Positions 45,791 to 57,800 of a stretch of DNA of 64,000 bases are shown in pieces; the first letter of the stretch is position 1, and each line of letters opens with the position of its first letter. The stretch comes from Tubulanus polymorphus (taxonomy: Eukaryota; Animalia; Nemertea). The notes below the pieces were generated by a model. That model did no database searches and was not told where the DNA came from. It was given only the letters and a program-made list of their open reading frames with translations. The stretch is taken from NCBI RefSeq assembly GCF_964204645.1, contig NC_134030.1:4320778-4384777 (forward strand). The letters run 5' to 3'. The position numbers and the translations under genes were made by a program.

Positions 45791-46261
45791 TTACTACCGG
45801 CCACAGAGCCTCAATAAAGTAGTGTGGAGATGGTGAGCTTGACCAGTGCCTATGCATTCTACCCCAGATATGAAAAATCAACTTAGCTTTATGTATGTAT
45901 GTTTTCCTGTTGCCATGCAGGATGAGCCATGCAAGACTGCCAGGTTCGGTTGCGACAGGTCTTTGCGACAGGTGTTTGGTGGTACTTCAAGGTGGAGTCT
46001 TTTGTAGGCACTTCTGGTGGGCAGATTTTAGATGGGCCTTTCCGGATTAACCTGAAATGAGTGAAAGAACGATATTCTGTAGTTACACAATCCTTTCCGT
46101 ATCACGCATCGTAATTTACATGTGTATCAACTTAACTTTCAATATTGCTGAGTTCAGTGTTCTTTTTTGGCATCGTCTTCATTGTAGTCACCTTCAGCAT
46201 CTTCTTCAACTTCTTGGGAGTCCTGAAATGAAAAATAAAGAGAAGAGCGATGAAAACCTGG

Positions 46262-46445
46262 TACGGAACAAAACTAATGTTCGAAAGCTTTTCAGCTCTC
46301 CATCGCTGGTCACATGCCGAGAACACCAGACAATGAGCCAGCCAGGAATATACTGCCCTCTACACGCCCTCACACAGAACGCGAAAACCAGAATGACAAC
46401 GCCTCACATTCCCCATCTCACTGCAGGATGTACTGGGCGACGTCA
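46262..46445 (+). mobile_element. RTE-clade non-LTR retrotransposon 3' fragment (degenerate)
   Basis: QLSIAGHMPR..EPARNI / ALYTPSHRTRKP resembles the RTE C-terminal RQL..AGH..R...P..G.R..GRP motif; frameshift and stop. Confidence 0.6.
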
Positions 46446-46524
46446 GTAACTGACAAACCTGTAAAATTGCACGAAACACAAATAGCACAGTACAACCAGC
46501 TTGACCGGGTTGAGATTCAGGATC

Positions 46525-46800
46525 TCAACTAGCACTCAAAAGCGTGACAAGAGACTTCATCCACTGACCGAGGTTGTCACAAGGACACAATGAAACTAGC
46601 ACTCACAAGCCGACAAGAGACTTCATCCACTGACCGGGGTTGTCACAAGGACACAATGAAAACTAGCACTCAAACTAGAAATCAAAGAGCGTGACAGTAG
46701 AATCATCCCTCAGCCGACTCAGAATACCAGAAACAAAGAGCGTGACAGTAGAATCATCCCTCATCCGGGCGGTCACAAGGACCAATGAATGCTAGTAGCG
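46525..46800. repeat. Short tandem duplications (~66-bp and ~50-bp units)
   Basis: AACTAGCACTCA..GACAAGAGACTTCATCCACTGACC repeats; AAAGAGCGTGACAGTAGAATCATCCCTCA twice. Confidence 0.75.
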
Positions 46801-46861
46801 TGACAATCCAGTATAACCGCTCCATTTGTATCCCGCGCAATCCCGCAGATATGTCCGTCAT

Positions 46862-47043
46862 TGACATCACTCAGCACACTTTGTAGATAGGTGGGGGCAG
46901 TGAGGCCTCATCATCCTGGTTTTCGTGTTCCGTATGAGGGCGTGTAGAGGGCAGAATTTCCTGACCGACTCTTTGTCTGACATCCTCGACACATGACCGG
47001 CGAAGGAGAGCTGACGCTTTCGGACATTAGTTTTGTTCCAGCA
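46862..47043 (-). mobile_element. RTE-clade non-LTR retrotransposon 3' fragment, inverted paralog of 46262-46445
   Basis: VRKRQLSFAGHVSRMSDKESVRKF / ALYTPSYGTRKPG. Confidence 0.65.
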
Positions 47044-47989
47044 AACGTTGAAATTCGACAGAGAAATCGGCCCTGAAAAACAAAACGGGTTAATTGCTGA
47101 AAAATAGAACGGATTAATTAACACAGAACAGTACAGGACAGCACAGAGACAAACAGTAACACATAAAACATTAAGACGTCGTTCCTCAGGAAGCAGGAAC
47201 AGGAGCAGGAACGGGAGCGCAGCGAAAATCGCCAGGAGGAGAATCCACGGTAGCATGTTCACAGTGTGAGTAAGCTGAGGTGAATGGTCTATGCTTGTGT
47301 ACACCGTGGTCAGCCGGTGACGTATTCAATAGCGCGTGTCAGAATGATATCAACAACTCTGAAAACCCGCAATTGTGTCTCTATTGTTGAATGGATTTAC
47401 ATTATGAGGTTCCACCGCCGGGTTGAGTACGCGCCAGTAGTCAGCTGAACAATATAGTGGAGGAAGTTTAATAAGGCCATGAAATTACTTGATTCCCAAC
47501 AGCTACTTCCGAATTTATAAGCATCCGCCTGTTTTTTTTTTCTTAAATTCTAGAATAATTTATAAATTATACCGACCGATAGCACTTCCAGTTCAGATTC
47601 ACACCAACACAGGTCTTCCTATCATAGAAACCGCGTAAACATTTACTAATGAAATTAGTTTATTAGTCACGGATTCACCAAGAACCTTAGTGTCTGATGT
47701 AGGATCGTGTAGAGCGACGGAGATCACTGGTGGAGACAACCACTGCCAGTGCTGGGTGAAGTCACGGACAGTTCATGCACCCCGAGATAACTACCTCACA
47801 TCACAGGCACTTGAATATGGGCTTTGATAATGGATAAATATTTGATAATTTACCAGCGATACGTTAATCCTACTTTAATAGATCCGCCATGTTTTATAAT
47901 AAATTTACCCATTTAAAAATTAAATTTACCCATGATGCAACGCGCGCCGGTCGTTTAGCTATACTATACAGCTATACTAATAGGATTAT

Positions 47990-48680
47990 CGCATATAACC
48001 AAGCAATCATAAAAGGTAACTTGATATACATGAAATTATTTCGATAAATTCTAATTGAAATATTTTTTTATTACAAGATATCTTCTTTTAATCATTGCAG
48101 CTAAATTTCAACTATAAGAAAAAACCCAGCTTGAGATCAACTACTCGTCCAAAATCGACCAACTGGAACAGTGCACAGATGAGGCCAACTAGAATCAACG
48201 CATTAACTAACCAATTAATAAGATAATCGCCGATAATGAAAGGTCAACCAGCGATCATAAAAGGTAACTTGATATGTGTGGAATTATGTCGATAAATTCT
48301 AAATGAAATATTTTTTCATTACAGGATATCTTTGTTTGCTCATTTCAGCTAAATCCTATCTATATGAAACTGCCCAGCTTAAAATCAACGACTCATCAAA
48401 TATCTACAGATAAGCTCCGCCCACTGAACAATCCAAGCTTGAATCAAATGCATCAAACAATTGTTCTAACCGATACTGAACCCAGCAAACTTGAAATGTA
48501 AGTTGATTTTTTATGGAAATTATTATGTTAAATTCTAAATGAAATATTTTGTCATTACAGGATATCTTCTTTTAATCATTGCAGCTAAATTGCAACTTCA
48601 AGAAAAACTCAGCTTGAGATCAACAACTCGTCCAAAATCGACCAACTGGAACAGTGCACAGATGAGACCAACTAGAATCC
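47990..48680 (+). ncRNA. Three tandem ~245-bp exon-intron cassettes, putative spliced non-coding transcript; minus-strand paralog at ~42060-42260
   Basis: Donors AAAAG|GTAACT (48015, 48264) and AAT|GTAAGT (48497); acceptors TTACAG|GATATC (48324, 48560); no shared open frame apparent. Confidence 0.4.
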
Positions 48681-49870
48681 AACTTTAAGACAAGGCAAAA
48701 TTGGCAGAATTCTAGTTTTCTAGTGAAAGTAATGATTGATTGATACTAAGAGTTCCAGAGTGAATCTGAGTTTCTCATCTCCAGTTTTAATGCTTTTATG
48801 TTGGAGACGGTTATTGTAACACAGTTCCAGTGTGTGTAAATTAGGAACTTGCATGACGATTCCTCGGTTAAGATATTATTGTTGGGTGAATAAAACGATG
48901 TACATTTTCATCATTCATGTTGAAACTTTTCAGTTGTTAAGTTTTATAGCAAAAATTTCACTTTGGTGCTTTTCAGTGGTTCATAAAATACTGATCTAAT
49001 CAAGGCCCTGTCGAAAATAGCAGGAGCATAGAATAATTGACCTAGCTTTGTTTTGAATATCAGTTTAACCGCGTCTGTGTGGGGCCTGTAATATCGGGAC
49101 AATAAGAATTTCTGATCTTTATATAGAGTTGTATTTATATCTACTATCAAGTTGAATAATATAATTAAGAAGTTACCATAGCTTCGTCAGTCAAACCATA
49201 TTTGTTTGAAGATACTCGCTTTATCTTGAATTATCATGAAGAAAAACCTTTATGATAGTTTGCAGGGTTTGATCTAAGGAATAAATGCCACTTGACCTTG
49301 GGGCAAGCATATATGTTATATCACTTGCCCCCTCAAAAATCACCTTGTCCTACATGAATAGTCCGATTGTGACACAATAATCCCTTGCATCGAGTGGGAT
49401 AAAAGCTTTGAGACAGAATTACACAAGCCCGGTGGATGAGTGATGATGATAACCTTCATGCCCTAATGAAAATATACTTGTCCCGCGCAATTGGACTAGT
49501 GCTTAGATCAGACCCTGCTTTGTTTCAAATGTAAAATTTGTGAAAAAAGTAGTTGATAATGTTTGAAGAAATCTCTTAAGACAAGGAAAATTTGGCAATG
49601 TTTTTAGTTTTCTAGTAATAATTAAGATTAATTAGTTTACCTTACGCTTTCCAGAGTGTGAGTGAATTTGTAGGTTTAATGTTTTTATTTTGAACTATTT
49701 TGAAATAACTCATTAAGCCACCAGGGTATAATTGTTGTGCAAGAATAAAACGACAGGCATGTTCGTCATTCATGTTAAAACTGTTCAATTGTTTAGTTAC
49801 GTGTATTGCAACTTTTTTATTGTGGTGCTCATCAATGGTTCATAAAATACTATTTTCATTAAATGTTTTT
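48680..49870. repeat. Right arm of large inverted duplication (partner 39990-41040)
   Basis: Reverse-complement collinearity with the left arm. Confidence 0.88.
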
Positions 49871-50269
49871 CTTTCTATGGTGTCTTTACATACAAGGCGT
49901 TTTCTCTCATCCAATAGGAAATTGATAATTTTTGGTTCAAAGCTACATAATACATTTTCCAGAATTGGAAATGTTGCGGAAGTGTAAAAGGGGAAATATG
50001 AAAGAGTTGAAAGATGATAACCTTTTTTTACCGTGTAAAGTAATAATTAATAATAAAATGATAAGTAATAATTTAGTTTGGTGACAAAGATTTAGTAATC
50101 TAAAACGCTCAATTAATGATTTCGAATTCCTACGTATGTTGTTTATGTTTAAATATAAATAATAGTCTTCGAATGTAATATGGTTTACAGATTTTGATAA
50201 ATAAATAACTGAGCATCATTTCACATAATATATACGATTTGTTCATGCTTTAAGGGGACTCATACCGAT

Positions 50270-51365
50270 AGCCTCTCACGAGACAGTATTAAAAATCGGG
50301 TCTTCTCAAAGGAAAGTATTAGAAATCGGGTCCTTTCAAGGGGCAGTATGTTGAATCGGGTCCTCTCACGGGACAGTGTGTTGAGTCGGGTCCTCTCACG
50401 GGACAGTGTGTTGAACGGGGTCCTCTCACGGGACAGTATCAAAAATCGGGTGCTCTCAAAGGAAAGTATTAAAAATCGGGTCATCTCACGGGGCAGTAAG
50501 TTGAATCGGGTCCTCTCGCGAGTCCTCTCACGGGACAGTGTGTTGAGTCGGGTCCTCTCGCGGGACAGTGTGTTGAGTCGGGTCCTCTTACGGGACAGTG
50601 TGTCGAACGGGGCTCTCTCACGGGACATTGTGTTGAGTCGGGTCCTCTCACGGGACAGTGTGTTGAGTCTGGTCCTCACGGGACAGTGTGTTGAACCGGG
50701 TCCTCTCACGGGACAGTGTGTTGAGTCGGGTCCTCTCACGGGACAGTGTGTCGAACGGGGCTCTTTCACGGGACATTGTGTTGAGTCGGGTCCTCTCACG
50801 GGACAGTGTGTTGAGTCTGGTCCTCTCACGGGACAGTGTGTTGAGTCGGGTCCTCTCACGGGACAGTGTGTCGAACGGGGCTCTCTCACGGGACAGTGTG
50901 TTGAATCGGGTCCTCTCACGGGACATTGTGTTGAGTCGGGTCCTCTCACGCGACAGTGTGTTGAGTCGGGTCCTCTCACGGGACAGTGTGTTGAGTCGGG
51001 TCATCTCACGGGACAGTGTGTTGAGTCGGGTCTTCTCACGGGACAGTGTGTTGAGTCGGGTCCTCTCACGGGACAGTAAGTTGAATCGGGGTCCTCTCAC
51101 GGGACAGTGTGTCGAACGGGGCCTCTCACGGGACAGTGTGTTGAATCGGGTCATCTCACGGGACAGTGTGTTGAGTCGGGTCTTCTCACGGGACAGTGTG
51201 TTGAACCGGGTTCCCTCACACGAAACAATGTGTTGAATCGGGTCCTCTCACGGGACATTATTTAGAATCGGGTCCTCTCATGGGACAGTGTGTTCGAGTC
51301 GGGTCTTCTCACGGGACAGTAAGTTAAATCGGGTCCTAGTCTCACGGGACTGTCAATTGAATCGC
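50270..51365. repeat. 30-bp minisatellite (GGGTCCTCTCACGGGACAGTGTGTTGAGTC), about 36 copies, upstream of RBM7
   Basis: Direct inspection; inverted/degenerate units at 51615-51668. The long ORFs here are repeat artefacts. Confidence 0.95.
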
Positions 51366-51742
51366 CGGCGCGGGTCCAATACCTGCATGGTGAATTTTTT
51401 TTATCCCTATTGCCCCCCCTGGCCCTGCAGTAAATAAGAATTTATCGGTAGAGGCCTTTATCTATTTGTAGATGAAATCAAAATGGAAAATGTAATAATT
51501 ACAATTGATAGTTGAATTTATTTATTTATAATCGTACAAGTGCAGAATACATAAGAATATTGGGACTCGAAAACGCTAGCAGTGGAATCGACGTTTCATG
51601 TAAGAATTCTACATTTGTCCCGTGAGGACCCACGTCCCGTCACAGGCCCGTATCATCTCACGGGACGCTGCAGTTTAACTCATACGAGAAAAAGAAACTT
51701 GAAATAAATCATCTTGGGCATATAAATGTGTAACGAAAAATT

Positions 51743-52850
51743 ATGATGAATGAAAAAGAGAAGTGTTTGTTTGTTGGCAATGTTCCGGACGATACTACTG
51801 AAGAACTTTTATACGAATTGTTTCTACAGGTAGGTAAAAATAATTCAGACTCTATTAGTTAGTTACCTACTGTATTATTAGTATAGGCCTACTAATCGTT
51901 GGTGGTGGTAAGCTTTTTATAGTCGGATGGGCTTACCACCAACGGATGTGGTGGTTTGTGAAAATATCCGATCGTGAAACTAAACCACAGACAGGTTACT
52001 GACTAACTTACGAGGTAAACAACAGCTAAACTGAAACAAGCAATATACTGCGTTACATTTGTTTTTTTTTCACTTTCAGGCAGGGCCATTAGAAAAAGTC
52101 CACATTCCTATCGACAGAGAAAGTGGCAAAAAAAAGCGATTCGCATTCGTCAATTTCAAACACGCGGCGTCCGTGCCATACGCGATAAACATTTTAAAAG
52201 GTGTTAAACTGTTCGACAATCCTCTCGATCTGCGAACGAAAAGTGGAGCATCCCACAGCCAGCTGCACAGTCCGGGTTTGGGATTGTTGCCTCATCCGAA
52301 CGTCGGCACCGGTGTCATACCTCCTAAAGCCGTACGAGAACAGCAGTCGAATACGAACTCTAAACGAGGAAGTGTTCAAAATACGAACATTTCTATACCG
52401 GCGAGGGAAAACGGACATCAGGAAAAACTGAGGCTTCTCGAGCTACCACAACAACCGATCGTACAGATGATGGCGCCATCTGGGCAGCCGTATTCGAACT
52501 CGATGACGAATCGGTCTCTATCGTGCCCGGGATTACCGTTGAATATGTTATCTGCGGCTCCGGGTTTTCTGATTCCGAATAATTTCCCCGCGCAATTCCC
52601 GCCGTCGTACAACGGACAACCGTATTCTCCTCAACCGGTGCCGAATAGTTTCCTCGATAAACTACGCGTTTACGATCGAATTCAACCGATGCCGTCGAGA
52701 CACGGCGGTAATAACGAGTCACATCGGCGTAATCACGGTAATCATCGCGGGGGTAACGAACAGACGCCGTATAGTCGACACGAGCGATCGTCCTCATATT
52801 CAGCGTCGTCGAGCAGACGTTCACGAGATCATCGCAGCGCACGATACTGA
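51743..52850 (+). CDS. RBM7: RNA-binding protein 7 (RBM7/RBM11 family, NEXT complex RRM subunit), 285 aa
   Basis: join(51743..51829, 52080..52850): LFVGNV..EELLYELFLQ|AGPLEKVHIP..FAFVNFKHAASVPYAINILKGVKLF, then low-complexity P/Q/R/S tail. Confidence 0.92.
51856..52005. mobile_element. 150-bp internally deleted (or empty) copy of the 58908-59754 element in RBM7 intron 1
   Basis: Same TIRs TAGTTAGTTACCT / AGGTTACTGACTA and same two subterminal hairpins. Confidence 0.8.
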
Positions 52851-54821
52851 CGAGTAATTAACGAGTCTTATTTTGAAGCAATAATTAGTGTTCTTACAGC
52901 TTCAACCAACTTACGAGCAACTGGCCCCGATTTTCAAGAAATGCGTCTGGAGTCTCGATTCCCTTATTACCCCGAATAATTTATGATTCAGCTGGTTTTG
53001 ATTGAACGGATTTGCTTTTCAGGAATAATAGCAATTCATGAGGTGTAAAGGAAATCTGGATTAAAAACTTGCGACCGGCTTTTATGAAGTTATTCCGTAA
53101 TCGGAAACCTGTGTTACAGTCAGACACTGTGGAATAGAACAATAACCGCAATCTTCAAGATTTCTCTTTGTATGACTTCTTTCTATGGATTTTATTTTCT
53201 TGATTTGAAATATTTTTAGTCTACTCTTTGTGTTCATTTTAAGCTCTATTTTGGTTTTCTTCTCGTCTTATATAGAACCATAATGAGGACATTCAAACAT
53301 TTAGTATGGCGAGTTTAGTAGTTAGTTTATAGTTTATAGCGAGGAAAGTATTTTATCGTGCTTTTATGGAAAAATCTTAATGCATTATTTTTCAAGATTT
53401 ATATTGATTTCGTCTTGAAATGTGAAACTGGTGCTGGGCTCCAGTAGATGATGGCAGTGTCTAGACTTCAGAATCAGAATCAAAAACTGAGGAAGTTCAT
53501 GGACTCTGAAAAGTGTTAATATTAAATCAATACTTAGGAAGTGAAGACACTGATATCATCTACAATGTATATAATTGTGAATGCCTGTTAGTATTTAATT
53601 CAAGCTGCTGTTTTTGTAAATTATTTTAGTATTCACACAAACAAGCCATCACGCCTAGCGATCAAAACAAAATTTAGTTTTAGTTAAGTGTCGTGTTGAT
53701 GATTATTTCCTTCATATTCACCTCAATATTCATCGCTTCAGGAACCGAGGAGGCCGATTCTTACTTCGGAATCTCCACCATCTCCAATATCAGATGGAAC
53801 GCTTGTAATCTCCAGCTATCACTTATGTAAAAATCTTATTAACCTCATTAGCTATAATTAATACTATGAATAAGGTTTTGGAAATAGAACAATCCTGGAA
53901 TGTACTGTTTCTTTGGAATGAATTTCTGCTATCTTCGCATTTGTTACTTATTTGACTGAACTATTCAATTGTGGATCGCAATATTGTGTTCTCCAAAATT
54001 ATGAGTGAATTATTCTTGTTGCAGTGGAACCGTTTTTCCTGGCAGCTAATAACCAAATTTTGCAAATACTGGCAAAAATAGAATGAATGTACATAAATTG
54101 ATACATATGTTTAAAGTAGACTGAACAATGAATATATCTAATGATAGTTAATCTGTTTAATGATATTGTATAGTAGATATTATTTTGATCATTTTATTAC
54201 ACACATTGTAATTGTAATTCTTACAATGAAAGTTTTTATAATTTAGAACTTGTAATGAATGAATAAAATAGATGAAGAAATATGTACGACAATATTGTGG
54301 ACTTGGGTGAATTTCTATGGTTGTAGAATGGAATCTTGTTACAATGAACTTCAGGTGATGTAAAAATCAGTTACTAGATGAGGCAGATCATTTTCAACTG
54401 AAAGGCAACACCATTTTTCAGAGTCCTGTCTTTATTGCCTGGAAACCACGTCTCAAAGCAGTTAATTTTCTAGAAAGCACTTTGCACAGGAAATTGTACC
54501 AAAAAGCAGTAAATCTTTGAAACTTTCTGTGAGGGAAGACCCTCAGAAATCCCTTATTTGTCATGGATCATGCCCTTTTACGCAAAGTGTGCTACCCTCA
54601 ACAGTGGTCCCTGAACTGCAACCAGTGAGGGGGAATTATACCTCAAAGCGGTTGCTTGTAGTGATAGATTTAAACGAGATTCCACTGCAGCATCTAACAG
54701 TATGATTCCCTGCCACTGTATGCGAGGACAAGATGAACCATTTCCAAGTACACTTACATGAAAAAGAATATCGACTTAAGAAAATAAATCAATTTTATTG
54801 GAAAATTTCAAGATTAAAAAG

Positions 54822-57800
54822 CTACGTCAGATGATTGTAAGGTCGTCTGTTATGAATAGGTAAATGTGTTGATAGATTGACACCAGTTTCTGCTGCTAAT
54901 TGTTTCACTGATGTTCGCTTTAATTCGGGAATCTTCAGGTTCTTTATGTCGCGCTTGATTTGATTCTTGAAGGCTTTCCTGCAATAAATATCGACAAAAT
55001 TCTACAGCCTGGAACTCTGCTCATGGCCCGGTTTCATAGACATAAAGTCATTCGATGTTTTGCTCATTACCTTTTGATGCCATCATTTTTATTCCAAACC
55101 CTTTCTAACATCGGCATAAATGAGGGTTTATCGACACGAGGACAGGTTTTAGCATCATTCTTTTTACTTCTGTTTCTTTCAGCTAAAAGTTGAGTGAAAA
55201 ATGTGTACACATATCATAATAAAGGATTCATTCAGATAAGATCGTCACAAGTGTGCAGGAACGAGACACCAAAAATTAAAATACTTTTGACTTCTCAATG
55301 GTTCAGTTCCACAGTTCGGAGTTAAAATTTGACCCTGAGTTAACTCATTGAAAATGAACTAATTTTAACTCAGAGTTAACTCTAACTCACATCTGTGAAA
55401 CTGGGTCCATGATCTTTAGGGAAAGAGTCTTAATTTTCCTGATTCTCCCAGCAGGCAAGACTAAATCCGGAATTCCCTGATCTGTATAGAACCCTGTTTT
55501 ATAAGGTTAACAGTTCTCGGAAGTAACTCCCTATGACAGTCAAGAGATAGAAAATGTTTCCTCTAGTATGAAATTCTTATTTACCCTGCTCATAGTAGTC
55601 ATCAATATTTGGACGCATTTCAGTTGAGATTCCATCATCTACAGCTGCCGTCAATGAAAAACTAGATGAAGACGTGACACCATTCGAACAAGAAGGCTAA
55701 AATGTCAAACGATTGGTACATAAAATAGTTGGAATGAATACTCATTCAAATGAACAACTGCATCAGCTGGCCTCTTAGATTAGAAAATCCAAAATTCGTT
55801 GACTTGACCAGACATTCCTGATTAAATCCAGTAGGGGCTCTTTTTACAGCCATTCTTTGTACCCTGGACCCAGTTCCACAATTCTGAGTTAAATTCAACT
55901 CTAGAGTCAACTTATTGAAAATCAACTAACTTTTAACTCAGAGTAGAGTTAACTCTAACTCACATCTGTGGAACCTGCTTTTACCTAATTTTCAAGAAAG
56001 GAGTCGGAATTCCCTGCAGGGAAAAATAACTCGGGAATTCTCTGAATTGTAAGACGAATCCCGAGCCAGAACATCATAAGTACATACCTGTGGATTCGAA
56101 AAAGTCATCAGTCTTTCTTCCGTTCGACCATTCGGGATATTATTTTGTGACTAACAATTCAGGAAAAATCAACATAGTAACATGAAAAGTATACTGGCTA
56201 ATTCATGAATGATGTAGCCAACAAACATTTCACAAAATGGTAGAAAAATTATGTTTTACAAACGAAACAAAATTTTAAATGTTTTATCCCATAATTTTTG
56301 AAAGTTTGTTTAATAAAATATTTCTAGTATTCCAAATAAACTGTTAAAGACTTTCAATAACTGTGGGGTTTCATCACGGTTATTGTGATCTTACTGATTC
56401 TAGGCTCATGAAATTTAGTTCGGTATAAGATATGATAAGTATGAAATGATAAATTCATGAATTGAATTTCTGAGGTTGGATACATTTTTGAGACACGAAC
56501 CTCAGCAGCAGAAGCAGCAGTAGCAGCAGCAGCAACCTGTTGATGTAGAGCTGTATGAATCACTGATTGTTGATGCTGCTCTGTTTCGATTATTTTAGCC
56601 CCATCCTGAAAGGAAGCACTGATTGAATAAGGAAAACTCAAGGTATTATTACTCTGCAGACTGTATCATCAGATACAGGGTCATATTTAACAGAGGGAGT
56701 CATCTTTTTCAGAACAGTGCATATATGTCAATGTTTTCATTATCCACTGAAACCTACCTGTTGTAAACTTTGATATTTAGCTGTTTCATAACGCTGGACA
56801 GCTTTCATAGCGGCTACTTGAAAACTGGTGGAAAGAAATAATGTCCATCAAATAATCATAATCTTTCATCTGGGGCTTCTACGACTTGAAAAATGAAAAA
56901 TAAACCTACGATTCATATTCTTCTTCAGATAGTATGAAAATCTTTTTTTCGGTTACATGCAGCTTATTAGCGCCCCAGAATCCATCAGTAGAACTAACAT
57001 GACCTGAACTTCAAAATAGAAAGAAAATGTTCAATTCATTTTGACAAAATAAAACAAACAAAATGATCAGACTCGAATAAACCTTTAATACGTGAAGAGT
57101 GAAATACCTCTTCAGATGTTCCAGTAGGTTCCCGTATCTCACTGTCGATGTCAACATCTTCAAATGAACTTCAAATTCCTCCTGACAAAAGTAACACCAA
57201 AACTTGACGCCGTTCCCCCAACATAAATCCTCGATGATCGGTCTGTCCAGCGTCTTCAATGCTTCATTTACCTTAAAATATGCAATACATATACTATATG
57301 TAATCTGTCTTGAAGGATCGATTATCATTACGAGGTCACTTTCTTTGTCGCTCCACAGTTTTAGCTGCGCCTCTGACTCTGTTCTTGTCTTTCTCGTATT
57401 TGTAGTTTGGGGTGAAATGTTGCTTAGATCATCCAATATCCAAGGTACTATAAAAAAGATATATAAAGTACCTTGGATATTGGATGATCTAAGCTACAGT
57501 TCACCCCCAAACTTAAAACTTCAAATACAAGCCCCTGTGGCTGGCTGTCGTTTCACTCAGTCCTGGCAGTGTGGCTGTCTCCACAGTGTATCTACGTTGC
57601 TCTACGATCCTGTGTAACCACCCACCCAGACACGTTCATTCAAATTCGTATGACTTTTGCCGACAGAACTACTGTCAGCATTTTTGCCTGTGTTTAAACT
57701 GCGATATCTCAGCAAATAAACAACCGATTTTGATAAATAAACTATCTACACTAACCTTATGACGTTTTGTGTTTGTTCATTATATTTGTTTGAGGATAAA

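Noticed and set aside
50260-51236. Four long overlapping ORFs (168-243 aa)
   Set aside because: Artefacts of a stop-free 30-bp repeat, open on both strands and broken by frame-shifting units.
52194-52842. Antisense and alternate-frame ORFs over RBM7 exon 2
   Set aside because: Shadow ORFs of a GC-richer coding exon.
55835-55853. Histone 3' stem-loop look-alike GGCTCTTTTTACAGCC
   Set aside because: Stem mismatched, no histone ORF, intronic antisense.
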